Source: the human T2T-CHM13v2.0 reference genome, Homo sapiens. Taken from it: a stretch of 64,000 nt of DNA. The stretch's first letter is position 1. Each line of letters begins with the position of its first letter. The stretch is from the NCBI RefSeq assembly GCF_009914755.1, contig NC_060944.1; one strand, written 5' to 3'. The position numbers and the translations under genes were made by a program. The notes under the pieces are model-generated. The model did not search any database. It was not told the DNA's origin and saw only the letters and a list, made by a program, of their open reading frames with translations. Positions 1 to 64,000 of this stretch are shown piece by piece.

Positions 1-291
1 ACACGTTTGATAAAACAAGCTAGGTGTGGTGGCACCCACCTGCAATCTCAGCTACTCAGGAGGCAGAGGCAGGAAGATCGCCTGAGCCCAGCCATGGTCA
101 GACAGGAGAATGGAACAAGATCGAGTGAACCCTACACCTCTCATAAACGATGCTGGGTGCAGGCATGTTCCTCCAGTTCTGAAATCTTAAGGCAAAAAAG
201 GCCTATCCCCTTGGAGCAAGGAGGAAAGCAGACAGACTGAATTTCAGAAGTCCTCCTTTTCCTTGCAAGACAGCAGCTCTAGAAGAATTAG

Positions 292-610
<319 letters not shown>

Positions 611-1770
611 CAAGCTGGAAAAACTTCTAAGCTCCAAAAGAGTTTGGAGAACTCCCAGAGAATAGTTACCTCCAGGGAGCCACCAAAAGTGAGGGCTAGA
701 ACTGGGGACCTTTCTTCTGGTTTCTGCAGAGTAAAGGGGGATGTTGAAGCTGACCCCCTCCTCTAATTCCACCTGGGAAGGCTTCCTGGGGAGGGGCTTC
801 AGGACCATCTTACTGCCTACTGGGTAGGTGGGGACAAGTTCCAAACAGCAGCAGGCAAGTGTGAGAAATAACCTGCCCGGCCACAGCCCCTAATCAAGTG
901 TGCCAGGGTAGAGAGAGGGCTCCATGAGAGGGGAGTGCACACAGCCTGAACAGACAGGACCCTCTCAAAGCTGCCAGCATTTCCCCCACTTAAGAACCCC
1001 AGACTCAAGGCTGTGAGCCCAGCCCCTCGCTGCTGGCAGGCGTCTAAACCCTGCTCTCTTTCAGGAGAGGTGGCGGGAGGATTATGCAAGCCCTGGGTCC
1101 TTGGCAGCCCCTGGTAGCACCCCCACCACCGCCCCCGCTCCCTCTGCACTCCTTCCCTCAGCCGCCTCTGCACCTCTGAGTTGCACTTCAAAACCTCTCC
1201 CCTCATGGCATCCTTCGTGGGAGAGAAGTTGCTTAGCAGCAAAGCAAAGTAGGATGTGCTTATGCAACCTGGAGCAGCATCGAGGCGGCCTGCGCAGTGG
1301 CTGCGGACAGAAGGGGACACACTGCCGCCCCACCCTAAACTCCAAAGGAAACACCATCCTGTTCCCCCTGAAAGACCCAAGTTCCCAGTCAGGAGCACAT
1401 GGCAGAGGATGCTTGTTTCAACTCAGTGGAGCCTCAGTGTGACAGAACTGACAGAAAACACATGTGAAGAGACTTGAAAACACACTGACTCACTGAGCGT
1501 GGGGTCTGAAGAGCAGGGAAACTGTCAAACTGAGTGTGAGGAAGTGATCAAAGGTTTGCGCCTCCCACACAGACCCAGGTCCTTCTCCACCTTCGGGGTT
1601 GGAGGGAGAGAAACTCTCCTGGCCAGGACCCTGCGGCTCTGCCCCTCTGGGCCCCCCTGTCCACTCCTGCATGAGCCTGAATGCCCTGCCTGCAGCCCCC
1701 GCTGGAGGCATCCAACCTGCACATGCCAGGCAGGGAGCTGACACTCAGGCTCTGTTCAGTGGCTTCTTAC

Positions 1771-11578
<9,808 letters not shown>

Positions 11579-11763
11579 GACGAGGGCCTCAGTGCAGAAC
11601 CACTGCGTCCACCCTGAGGCCGGGATCTCATAGGCCCCGCCCCTATTTCCCAATCTAGACTCCGCCCACTACTCGGAGCCCCGCCCAGCGGCACATCACA
11701 GAGAGGCTTTAATGTCAGACATTAAAATGAGTTTGGGGGGTGTAAAGAAACCCACAATGTTAA

Positions 11764-15620
<3,857 letters not shown>

Positions 15621-16502
15621 TTTCCCACACTTTGATGAGCATCAGAATGGCCTGAGGAGCTTGGTAAGAACTCAGACTCCCTCCCTTTCTTGTCCATGGG
15701 CAGAAGTGGCCATTCAAGAGGTACTGACACAGGGGTCCAGGCGGGGGGCAGAGGGCTGAGTCTCTGGAGGAGGGAGGTCAGATGACTTGCTGCAAAGAGA
15801 GTATCAGCAGAGGTTCAGCAGACCCACCTTTGAGAGGGCACTTCCTACTTTCTGTTGTGTTTGGAATGCAAAGATCTGGCTGAAACGGTGGCCACGGAGA
15901 AGGGGTGATAGATTTGAGAGGCTGGAGGGATGAGGAAGTGAGGAACTCTACATACTGAGCTCTCAAGCCTAGGAGTGAAAACGGGTGAGAAGTTTGGGCT
16001 TGTTTTAGGCTATGCCGAGTTTAAGTTCACAGTCGAGTGGATCATAGCTGGCGGGTAAGGCTGAAGGTGAGATCAGGATGAGGGTTTGGAAGCCCTTGCC
16101 TAGAAGGAGGCAGTTTTTTGAGACAGCATAGGAGAGCGCAAACCTCCAGGGTCACAGGGCTGCAGTCTTCTCCTTTCGGAGACCCCATTGCAGAGAAGAG
16201 CGAAAGCAGGGGCGGGGTGGGGGTGGGAGTGGTCTCTTCCGGTTCTTGAAGATAGCGTCCCTTAGGCAGGAGGGGTGGGTCACTCAGTCTCCAGGCTCGG
16301 GAGGCCCCCAGCAAATCGGACGCTGTGGGCTAGGCCGCCACCGCGAGCCCACTCGCCCGATACGCGCCTTGGGGTCCGGGTCGGCTTTCCCCGGGACCCC
16401 TGGCCGGAAACTGAGCCGTTCACTTCCGCCACCAGCCGGAAGTTTTCTGTCACTGGACGCCAAGGAGTTTTCGGTGGCTCAGCTGGGTAACCGGGGATCA
16501 CC

Positions 16503-30412
<13,910 letters not shown>

Positions 30413-30784
30413 CTTCTGCAGCTGGAGGAGGCCCCTCAGGCCGGGGATCTGGGGAGGGCTAGCCCAAAACCTCCCGCATCGGGCAGGCACCCCCTGAAGT
30501 ACTTCCTTCAGGGTTTCCCCTTTGTGAGGGTGTCGAGTAGCCTCACCGGCCTGTCTGGAGGAGCAGCTGGCTCTGCTCTGAGAAACTCTGGCAAGTGGAC
30601 GCCATTCTCTTGCCCTTAGGATTCACTGCTCTCTCCTACAGCCGCCAGGCCTGGGGTCCTGAAAGGACCTTGGGTGGTAAAGCTGTACTTGGTGGGAGTG
30701 AGGGCGTGGGGAGGAACCATGCAAATCGCCTTCCATGGTTTTTAAATGCAGTAAATAACATTTCTGGATGAGACTTGTTTCCAA

Positions 30785-30790
30785 AATAAA
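30785..30790 (+). terminator. ITPA polyadenylation signal AATAAA
   Basis: AATAAA ~370 nt after the stop codon; variant AGTAAA at 30750-30755. Confidence 0.8.
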
Positions 30791-31844
30791 CCAGCTATAT
30801 CTGTTTTGAACCCTGCCCCAGGCAGGTGTCTGTCTCAGTCTCCTTTGGCAGGTGCAGGAAGTTTTTTGGGTGGGGGTGGGGATGGGGACACGGGCAGCAC
30901 CGTGTGGAAGGCATTCGGATGCCACTGTGAGCTGGAGTGTTACGTCTCCACTCGAGTTCTTGCCTCATTCAATGGCATGGATTGCGGGCTGACCTCCACC
31001 CTGGATCCATGCTGCCCCCCACCCGCAGGTAGTGCCAGGGCCTCCATGAAGCCTTGCTGGGTTGGGGGCTGGGTAGTGTGGCACGCCCAGTGCTTTTGCC
31101 TTATGCTGTTACACATCAGAGCCGCGAAAATGTTGGTTTACAATTACAATGGCCAGTTCATTTTTATGGTGGGGAGGGGCTGGAGTCCTCGACCCCACTC
31201 GGCGTGATCGCCACAGTTCAGCCTGCGGGCTGCAGGCCCCTCGGGAGGCCCTGCTTATGCCACACGCCCTTACTCTGTGCCCTGGCGAAGCCATTCCCTG
31301 GAAGGGACTTCTCCAGGTGGCTCCGTTGTCAGAGTGCTCAACCCCAAGGATATTCAAGGGGGGCGTGATGGGCTCAGGCTGGTGGGGCACCCCCAGGCTT
31401 GCTTCTGTGCCCACAGGCAGCTCTGGAGAGGCCCCTGCCGTCCCTGTGACTCCATCCAGCAGGACGGCCCTGGGTGAGGACAGAGTGTCATTCCTTCACT
31501 CCCCTCTTGCCTGCAAGCCCCGGCTGGGTTAAATCCCCAGGAGGTGCTGCGTCCCTGCCCAGCCTCCTGAGCCTCCTTGTGGGTGGGAGATGTCTGGCTG
31601 GGCCTCAGACATGGGGTGCTGGGGGCCTGCCTGCTCCTTGCCAGTTGATCATGGATGTAGCCCCCCTGTGCAGGGAACACCCAGGCTACTGATGGGGGAC
31701 TCCAAAGAAGAATCACATGCTGCCTGGGTGGGGTGGGTACATAGGCTTGGGGCAGGGCACCTCTCTGTGTTTCCTGTTCAGCTCCTCCAGAATTTTGTCC
31801 TGGGTGCACACAACACTTTCTGGCCATTTTTTTTACTTTAGCTA

Positions 31845-33340
<1,496 letters not shown>

Positions 33341-34387
33341 CGCTACCCGTCCCCAGACAGCAGGGTGGAGAGCATGCTCATACCCACCTGGATTGGTTCT
33401 CGGGGCCCTGGGGGCTCCTGATCTCCCACTCAGCACCAGGCTACCCAGTGTAAGGTGGCGTCTCATGTGGGCTTACGTTTCTCTAATTACCAAGGGGTCT
33501 GAGCACCTCTCGCTACTCCTGTTACGGTTGGGCCTCCTTCTTCCCCTGTTCACGGCCTCTGCCTCTTCTGTTGGGGCTGCTGTCCTTTGCTGGTTTGCAG
33601 GAATTCTTTGCATATTTCAGATATATTTTCAGTTTTAGATGCAGCCAATCTCTTCTGTCGGCCAACTTAGTCCATGGGGCATGTGTCAAGCCAGTCCAGG
33701 AGGTGATGTGAGCCCCAGGTGTTCCTGCTGACCACTGATGCTGCGCACCCGGCACTCCCCTGAGCCTCAGAGCCATATTCCCTGTTGTCGGCTGCCATTG
33801 GGAGACCCTGACCCACCAACAAATGAGCAAGCCAGAAACACTGCACCTTCTCCCTCCGTCAAACCATTCCCACCCCGTGTCCTGCCGTCGGCAGTCCTCC
33901 CACCTCCCTCCATCGCCACCAGTGCTGCCCCTGCCCTGTAAAATCCAGGATCCGCACAACAGATGGGATGGTTCACAAGTGCTCCACACGAAGCCTCGGC
34001 CTCCCGGCAGGCAGCTTTCATCTGAGAGTCACAGGGCCCTTTGCTGTCACCCTGATGGTCCCTCCCGCCCCACTGCTCTTCACCAGCCACAGCGCCTCAG
34101 TGGCCCCAAGCCCTCGCTCCTCTGGACCCTTGCACATGCTGTTCCCAGAACGCTTTCCCTGCAGGTCCCTGGAGAAATGGCCATGCGAAGGCCTCCTGGA
34201 TCTTCCATGTTTCACTGTTGGGCCAGCACCCACTGTGCGACGTTGGAGGTGACAGACCACAGGTGGCACTCCACAAACTCTGTCCCTTGCATTCCACTTC
34301 CCCAGGGAGGGCTTCCCCTCCCCAGAGTGGGGGTGGAGTGGCAGTAGCAGGGACACAGGTGGCACATAGGAGCCTAGAAACAGGAGC

Positions 34388-34393
34388 TTTATT
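34388..34393 (-). terminator. SLC4A11 polyadenylation signal AATAAA
   Basis: TTTATT on the + strand ~345 nt past the stop codon. Confidence 0.8.
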
Positions 34394-34736
34394 CTCTAAT
34401 GTGCGTCCAGCAAGTTCCTTACACAATCAAGGAAATGGTTTCTCTTTCAGGCATCGACTCTTTTATCAAAAGAAAATCCATCCTGCTCAGTCCCACCCAC
34501 CCTGGGCAGAAGCTGCCCTGAGCAACGCTCTTGGCCTAAAGCTAAAGGATAATGGGAGAGGGGTGGGCACATACCACTGCACCCCTACAATGCCCAGATG
34601 CCCCAGGCCTGAGTCAGCCATGAGAAGGCGCAGCACAGAGCAGTCACCCACACACCTACACCTCCCCTCACAGCTCCAGAGCCAGCCTGGGAGGACGTGG
34701 AGGGCTGGCGAATGGGGCGTGGGCAGGGTCTGCCAG

Positions 34737-46083
<11,347 letters not shown>

Positions 46084-48386
46084 GGCACACTCGCGCACTC
46101 ACGGCCGGGCTCCTCACGCGGCGCTCCGGCGCTTCTGGACCCCAAACTCGGCGACTCGGGCGGGCCGGCGGCGGGAGCCGGCGACACACCCCCACGCCGC
46201 GCCTGGGTCCTAATGCCGCTCAGACGCCGCGCCCGGGCGCGGTAGGCAGAGCTGCCGAGGGCTGGGACCCGGCCGCCCGCCCCGCGCCCTCACCCGCGGG
46301 AGGCTGCTCCAGCCGGGCTGGGCTGCTCCCCGCCGCCCGCAGCTGCTGGGCCAAACCGAGTAGACCCGGCTCCTTCGAGCCTGTGCGCGCCGGACCCAGC
46401 AGACCCAGCGTCGCGAGTTTAGGGGCTGGACGGGGCCGGGGAGCTTCTGGGAAAACGTTCGACTGCGCCACGAGCCCACCGAGCTGTGCGACTGAGGCAG
46501 ACCCCGGGAGGGCTTCCCCCGCGTCCGCTTTAAGTACGCGGCCGGCCCCTGTCTCCTCCTTTCGACCGGGGACCTCCGCAGGGCCACGCCCGCTGGCTGC
46601 CCCGCCTCCTGCATTTATCCCGGTAGCTCCGGCCGCAAGTCCTTCTCCTCCTCCTCCAGGAAGCGCGCCCCGACTGACTAGACGGACCTCCGTGCATTCC
46701 CCGGGCTACGCCCTCGCCCGCTGAGACGGCGCTCTCCGAGCTCGGCTGCTTTGGGTTTTCGCTGCGAGCCTCGCCAACTTATCTGCCAGCCTCTTCACGT
46801 CCTCGGCCTTCTATGAGGTCAAGGTCATGGTTCGCCCCCTTTTTCCTTCCCCAAATGGCCCTTGCGCCCTGTCCCCTTTCCTGGACCGGCTGCGACCCGC
46901 CCGGGGACGCGCCTTTTCGGGGCGCTTAGTCTCCTGCGAGTAGGGCGTGTGCGCGTGTGGGTGCGCGTGCTGCGATGCGATCCGGCAAATGCAGCTGACG
47001 AACCCCTGGCCTGATCCACGGTGGCTCCCAGTAGAAGGCTCTACAGCCCTTGGAAACGGAACACGCAGCTCCGTAAAGCGCTAACCAACCTCCCGACCCC
47101 TCCGGCCGCCATCGCTTTCCGGCTCAGCCGCGCTGGGACGGAGTCCTCGGCCACTGTGCCCTAACCATGGTAGAGGAACGGGGACAGGCCGGGGCAAGCC
47201 CACCTCTGCGAAGGAAGGGCTTCTGGCGCGTTGGGGAAGCCTCATGCATAGATTGGGTGAGTAAGGCTGGCCCAGTTCTCCTCCCGGCAAGATAAGAACG
47301 CATTAGGAGGGAAGCGCTGGAGTGCTCCTCTTGGCGACGGATGGCCTGGGGCTCTGCGACAGACTGAGTACCCCACCCTCCCCCAGCGCGACTCCAGGAG
47401 GCCTTGTGGAAGATCCCAACACCATGACCTGCAACTGACTTGGGGCTGGCCACATAGTATTTTAGCAGGGGTGACTCTGGAGAGACACCAGGTCATCCTG
47501 CGCACCCCTTGGGACCTTTCCTAGACGCCCTCCAGCTAGAGCTCCAGTCCAGGCACTGACTCCCGGGTGGCGGGTGGAGGCTGAGGAAGAGCTGAAGGAC
47601 ACAGGCGGATGTCGCCCCCGGAGCATGGCTGCATAGGTGGCATGCAGGCTGGATCCCTGAAAAGCCACCTTGCCACCCCCAGTCTCCCCCATCTGGGAAT
47701 GCCTTGGCTTCTGCACCTGCTCCCAGCAGCTCCCAAACACCTGGTCCTTCCAACCCACTTGTTCCAGGAAAGCCTCTGGGATGGAGGGCGCTTCCCCTTA
47801 CCACAGTCTCCTCAGCGCTCCTCAAAGGACCTAACCCCTCAGCCCACTGAGGAAAGAGGAGCCCATGACCAAGCCGCCCCTAGTCGGCTATGGGCCCCCT
47901 CTGTCCGCTCCCTGACCGTCTCTCAAAGGAACTGGCACTGAGCCCTTCTCTGCTACACCTGTGCTCTGCCCCTGCGGTTCTGTTCCCTCGGCCTTCCTGG
48001 AGGGAACCCCTGAGGCCCACACGCCTGCTGCCTCCAGACTGACCGTTTCAGAGGCTGTTTCCTTCAGTCCTCCCACCTGCCTCCTGTCCTGTGTAGATCG
48101 TCTGACGCTGAAGGCAAATACTGGTGCCCCAGATCTCCTGTCCTGTGCCCCACTGGGTCCTTACATAGGCAGGCAGGTTGAGGGACCCAGACGCAGGCAC
48201 CCACTTTCCCTCTCATTCCCTCCCTTGGGGTCTCAGACTTTACTGGGCTGTGGACTTGAAACTGTAACCGCTGGGTTCCACAAGGCGCACTTAACAGTTT
48301 TCTGCTGTCCTCCCCTGATGCCACTTATCTTGCCTGTGGATTGTAGAATCTGGGGTCTGAAGTAAATGTATAACATCTCATTTTTA

Positions 48387-54586
<6,200 letters not shown>

Positions 54587-55519
54587 TCAGAAAACTCCAT
54601 TCCTCCTGACCATGGTAATTATTCAGGGATGAGAATGTGATCCTTGCCTATGGGACCCTGGTGCTGCTGGTGGTGTAAGGGAAGCTTGCTGCAGGGGAAG
54701 AATGAAGCCACCGAAGATAGAGGGTTCTGATGACATACTAGTGCCTGCGCCTGGCTGACCTGTAGCTGGTACTAGTCTGGACTCCTGCAGAAACCAAGCT
54801 GATCTCTTTCTGTCATGGGCTGGAAGTGGGTCACATGGTCATGTCTTCTTTGGGTATAACTTTTCCCTAGAGTGTAGGATAGAGATTAACACTGGTGTTT
54901 CTCTGTGTTCCTTGGCGGGCTCTCTGATTTTCAGCAGCTCCACATGAGATCTGCTCTAAATCACTTTTCACAATCGACTCTGCCAGGATTCCCTGACTCT
55001 GGGGCTCCCACTCTGGTAAGCAGCACTAGGGTTTCAGTAGTCCCCTGTCCCTACTGAGAGCTCCAGGTGGAAGATGGGATCCTTTCCCCATCCTCAGGTT
55101 TCCTGGCCTCTAAGTCCCTCTGAGAGCCCTTCACCATTTACTGTCTCCCCATCGTTCTGGCAATTCCTAGGGGTTAATCCCCAAACCCTAGAGGTTTTGC
55201 CGTAATGCAACCGCAGGCGCTCCATCAAAGTTCAAACCCCGGCCTGCAGGATGGGGATGCCGGAGGCTCTGGGGAAGAGGTTGTGAAAGGGTAACACTGC
55301 CGCCAGCCCCCTCCCCCAAGTCTACCAGGCCCTTCCCGTGCAGATTTGCATTTGGTTTGCACAGGACTAATTTATCTCAAGGAACTTCCAAACCTAAGAC
55401 CACCATCCCAATCACCTGAAGCTATCTGCGGAGGCTACACCCTTTCCCCCGGGCCAGCTTCCACATCTGCCCAGTGGGGCATTTCCCCTTGTCCCACCCA
55501 GCGACTGGTTGACAGGAAG

Positions 55520-56220
55520 CAGGGTGTCTATGGACTGGCGGCGGGCGCCCCTTTTCCTCACCTCCCTGCGCGGCCAGCGGGGGCCCGGGGTGTGGTCAGG
55601 TGGGAGGCCCGCGCCACGTGCGGCAGGAACCGCCTGGCGAGTGGAACCCGAGCTTGCACGGGGACAGCTGATGCCTTTCTGGTCGCTCCTCTAGAGCTCC
55701 GCGGGCTCCGGCAAACCCCCCCGTTAGAACTTGCGGTTCCAACGCGCAGCGCCAAATCTGGCCCTTACTTGACCCGTCAGCGCCTCCAGTCGTCCCCATG
55801 TATAAAGTAGGACCGAGGAGCCACCTCGCCAAGCTTTCACTGCGCGGAAACGCGCCCATCAGGCTGGAAAGGCGTGGTTCCTACTACAGCTCGGCCGCGG
55901 CAGGCTGGGGCCGAGAACCGGCACCCGTGCACGGCGGACTAAGACGAGGGTGAGGGACACGGGTGGGCCGGGAGAGCCCCGTTCCCATAGCCGGCTTCCT
56001 TGAGCCCCTCCCCAAGTTCTGGGACTCCCCAAGTTCCCACCCCGCAAGCCAGTGTGGTTTCTTCAGATGAATTTTATTCTTACTCTCCACGGGCTGCTCC
56101 GGCGTCTAGGGAGGGAGTGTGAGCTCCGAGGACTTCCCGCAGCATCCCCACCAGAGGCGTCCAGGGGAGGCTGAGGGCCGGCCCCCGTCACCCCCGCCCC
56201 AGGAGCACACGGGACTGAGT
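55520..56220. promoter_or_regulatory. Orphan CpG island between the DNAAF9 3' end and SLC4A11
   Basis: Local CpG cluster with an E2F-like GCGCGGAAA (55842-55850), CACGTG (~55615) and TATAAAG (55801-55807). Confidence 0.7.
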
Positions 56221-56265
56221 GTATGGCACAGGCATCGTCTGGAGGCCTTGCTTGTTCAGTGATAG

Positions 56266-56271
56266 TTTATT
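56266..56271 (-). terminator. DNAAF9 polyadenylation signal AATAAA (3'UTR ~56250-59517)
   Basis: TTTATT at the end of an AU-rich, Alu-free stretch. Confidence 0.75.
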
Positions 56272-59200
56272 GGTCCTTAGCATGACATCTCGATTACCAA
56301 GGTAAATTCACATACACAACTGCAGGTAAAAACATGTAAAATAATATAAAAATAAATTGAAGGCTACTTTTATATATTTACTGAATTAAGTAGTGTAATA
56401 AATACTATGATAAGCAAAAAGCTTCAATCGCACAATTCAGTTTCACTGAAGTTACAGTAGTGTTTGTAAATACGAGTTTTAAAATTTAAGTTACAAATAT
56501 TAAAGCACTGAAAAACTAGTATAAAAGTGAATTTTGGCACGTAAGTGAGCTCTTATGTCATTAGTATTTGACATCCTGGGACAATGAGGAAGCCAGTTCT
56601 CACCTACTTTTTTGAGGTACAACTATCCAACTAGATCAGCAACACGGCTGGAATACTTCGTAGTTTACAATCTTTGAATTGAACTTTTCCCTTTTGAGAA
56701 GCCCAAGGAGCAACCCAGAGCTTCTTACTGTGCAAAAATTCTCCAAAATCCTAATAGAATTTAGGAGGGAACTTTTTCTTGCGACCTGAAGGGCCCAGTG
56801 TCCAGGCTTCAGGTCAGATAGCCCCCAGGGCTCAGAGGGGCCGGCTCAACTCCTTGCCAACGGCCCTTCCCTAGGATAATAATCCCATTTCCTCCAATTT
56901 CTGTCTCCTTCTTCCAATCAAAAACAGAAAAATCCCATGTAAAAACATAAAATAACCCGTAACTTCAGCGACTTCAACATTATCCCACGCACTCTGGGTG
57001 ATATAAACTGAAGCTGCTAATAGGAAAGTTAGCAAAAAGCATGTAAGCCCCGGGAGGACTGCCTGTCCCTGGGAACCCACCCCCGCTCTTTGCTGGGTCC
57101 CTGGATCCACTTCTAAGGTCAAAAGCAGTGTCATGGCCATTCCTTTGGAAACAGCAGAAGACCCTGCTCCTCCCACCTGGAGCGCCGCCTGGAGGAATCA
57201 AGTGGATACTGACCTTCACAGAACAGAGAGGCCTGGCAGGTTCCAGGAGGCATCCCCTGGCCTCAGTCCTCAAAGAGCTCACAGTGCACCGCGGGTGTGC
57301 CTTATCAGTGGGGCAGAGCAAGTGGCCCCAGGAATGCCCTTTCGCCAGCTGCCCCTTCACGTTCCCGAGTAGGCTGAGGAGCATCAACAGAGGCCTCAGC
57401 CAGTTTTGCCTTTTTGGCTTTGATGCTTCTTCACGTTTTGACTTTTTTCAATCACAGTTTCATATTCAAGTTGAGGTAATCACAGTTTTTTCTCTAAGAG
57501 GAGAGGAGTTGGGACAGTGGGGCAAGTTGGTGAGAGAGCATTTCTGTGAAGAGAAACCAAGACCACCACGTAGTACAGCCCCACATGGTGAGAAGACCCG
57601 CTCTCACGGGCGGGCTCCGACCCCTCTTTAAAAACTCTTCTGCAGCAGCCAGACTGCCAGGCCAGTGCAGTCAGGAAATGGCTCAAGCTCCTAAAGCTAG
57701 AGCTTTCATTTAAAACTTCACAGCAGCCCACTTAGAGAAATGGCCTGTGGTTCCCACCCCCCAACCCCTTTTCTAAGGCTGCTCAAGTTTGAGTTTTTAA
57801 AAAGAGTTCGGTAGAGCTAAAGGAAGCTACAGTAACTCACTGCTTATTAATCAATTGCACTTAAGATCTATGTTACTGATTCTGAAGCGAGGCAAGCCCT
57901 TGACGGACCGCAGCCTCTGGCCAGCCAGAAGTCAGGGGGCTCCCAGACTTAGGTTCCACAGTGGGGCCCTTGTCATCAGTGGCTTTTGGAGCTGGGACTG
58001 GAGCACGTGGGTCTTTTCAGAAGCCCTTCTTGATGCAAAATTTCTTATCAATGGTATCTGGAGTTTTGTTCATTTGGCTTCAAATTGTTTTTTTTTTTTT
58101 TCTAATATATTTTACTGACAAGCCCTTGAGAGCTGCTTTGCTACTTGCATGCAGGCCTCTGTGTGACCAGGCACACAGACTACATGTGCTCCATCTTGTC
58201 TCTCCGCTGCTCCAGGGGCCTTGCTCAAAAACCCCCTATATTACTGGAAACTGCTGGTTTTACCTATGTGCTTCTTCCTAAGGCATGCAAAAAAAAATAT
58301 GTGAAATTCAGAAAACATTTACAGTTCAGGCAGCTGAGGCACTGAAGTCCTAAGAGACATCACCTAAATATCAGTGGCTGTGACTCCCCTGTCCCCCACA
58401 CCAATTATGAAGGTCAGGCATGGGACACACTTGTAATTCCCCTCTGCTTTATGGTCCAGCTTAAAACGATGCCATTAGAAGGAATTCTAACTCAGGTATT
58501 GCAATTATTTGAAATTCCCAATCCTCAGGAGCCACACAAGCCCAGGGCCAGCAACAACACTTTGGGGAGCGGGGGGATGAGTTTCCTGAAGTTTGTGGCT
58601 GAAAAGCAGGCCTTCCTTGGCAAGGCTTGTGGGAGCGCTGGGTGCTGGAGACTGACCCCACAAGTGATCAGCCACCAGGCCTAAGACTAACCAGCTGCAG
58701 GACGCCCCCTTCCACAGTGAGGTGAAGCCTCGCCAGGGGGCCTGAGCAGCAGGCTTGCTCTTGTCCCTACATTAGGACACCCGAATGGTGTGACAGGAGA
58801 GCTAAAGAACCACCCACAAGGGGAAAAGCTGATGTCAACTTAAGAGCCACACACCTCTGGAAAGCAACAAGCCTCTCCTTCAGTTTAGTCCAGAAGGGAA
58901 ATCCCCTCATTTGTGAACACATCATTCATCTCAACCCAAGCTGCTGGCTCTGTGGACTGGGCCTGGGCAAGGCTGTGCTGCTCCTCCCAGGACTGGGCCC
59001 ACGGCCAGTACGGCCAGCTCCTTCAGGGAAACGGGCCTAGCAGGGGAGGCAGGCACTCCACTGGGGAAGATGGCTCTCGTGGAGCAGCATCTGAGGCTTG
59101 AGGCCTGTCGTGGCCTCGCCTCCCAGACACGGCCACAGTTCAGGCAGCCAGGGTTCCTTCTAAGTCCCAGTAGCTCCTCTGTGTAATCCTAATGCTTCTC

Positions 59201-59517
59201 CCCAACCTCAAGAGCCCAAAGGAGATCCTGTTATCAGAAACCCAGAGCTCCTGGACTGCCAGTTGCACACGTAGACGGGCAGGCCCCATCTGCTCATCCT
59301 TGAGTATTCCCCCGACCCCCAAAATCAATGGTGCAGGTGATGCTCTTCAGCGCTATACAGGGAATAAAGACAACATGCACTCAAGCCAGCCCACACAGGC
59401 CAAGGAGAACAAAGACAGCCCCTTAAGGGAGAGGCCTCCAGCAGAGCTGAGGTTAAGACACCCGTTCGTCCATCTCCAAGGTGGACATTCTGCAGGACGT
59501 ACGGGCCCAGCCTTCCT

Positions 59518-63209
<3,692 letters not shown>

Positions 63210-64000
63210 CTATGCTAAGACTGTGACAATGCAGATGGTTGGGATAGATTCATGAGAAAATGCAAGAGACAGAACTGATGTGACTGGTGGCAGCTTAGAA
63301 AGGATGGAGTAGGTGGGCACAGTGGCTCATGCTTGTGGTCCCAGCTACTCAGGAGGCTGAGGCAGGAGGAGCACTTGAGCCCAGGAATTCAAGGCTGCAG
63401 TGAGCTGAGATTGCGCCACTGTACTCCAGCCTGGGTGACAGAGGGAGATCCCATTTTGTTTTGTTTTTTAAAAAGGAAAAGAAAGGATGGAGTAAGAGAG
63501 AGAGACAGAGAGGAACAAAATAAGTTTCTGGCTTGGCTGATCTGGGTGATCAGGTGGACACTATTATCCCAGAAGGGAAACACAAGAGAAAAAAAAGGTT
63601 TATAGGTGGGAGAAGAGGAAGAGTTTGACTCTGCACTTGTGGCATTTGAAAGTCTCTAAGACCCTGAGCGTGAGACATCCACATAGTCCCTGGTGGTTGC
63701 TGGAATAGCTGTTATGGAAGAGGTGGTTGAGGAAAAGCAAAGAAACCCCCTTGGTAGAAGTGGGGGGCTCTCAGCAGAGGCCTCAGAGGCCAAGGGAGGA
63801 GGGCACAGCCAACAGTACAACAAAAAAATTAGCTGGGTGTGATGGTATGTTCCTGTAGTCCCAGTTACTTGGGAGGCTGGGGTGGGCAGTGACCTAGGAT
63901 TGCACTACTGCACTCCAGCCTGGGCAACAGAGCAAGACCCTGTCTCAAAAACAAAACAAAACAGACAAAAAAACCAGTACAGCAGTGTTGCACGAAGGTC

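Noticed and set aside
11650-11668. ER-stress element (CCAAT-N9-CCACG) in the DDRGK1 promoter
   Set aside because: The CCAAT is followed at N9 by GCCCA, not CCACG.

Overview
Human-type, Alu-rich genomic DNA whose gene order matches chromosome 20p13. I assembled four spliced genes by hand from splice sites and reading frame. (1) DDRGK1/UFBP1, minus strand, exons 1-6 (11578->1771); its 3' exons lie left of the window. (2) ITPA, plus strand, complete 8-exon 194-aa CDS (16503-30412), poly(A) signal at 30785. (3) SLC4A11, minus strand, complete, with three alternative N-termini (875/891/918 aa; 46083->34737). (4) The last four coding exons and the ~3.3-kb 3'UTR of DNAAF9/C20orf194, minus strand. 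There are no prokaryotic features such as CRISPR arrays or operons, and most entries in the ORF track are Alu-derived or GC-rich noise. The most notable non-obvious structures are these. An inverted pair of ~120-bp elements with 15-bp terminal inverted repeats brackets DDRGK1 exons 3-4, and I cannot assign them to a family. DDRGK1 has a GC-AG intron. DNAAF9 has a terminal U12-type intron. An extended CTCF site lies just after ITPA exon 6. A ~54-bp G-rich minisatellite fills the last SLC4A11 intron. An orphan CpG island carries a candidate in-frame extra first exon for SLC4A11. I found no proven new biological system; these are testable hypotheses.
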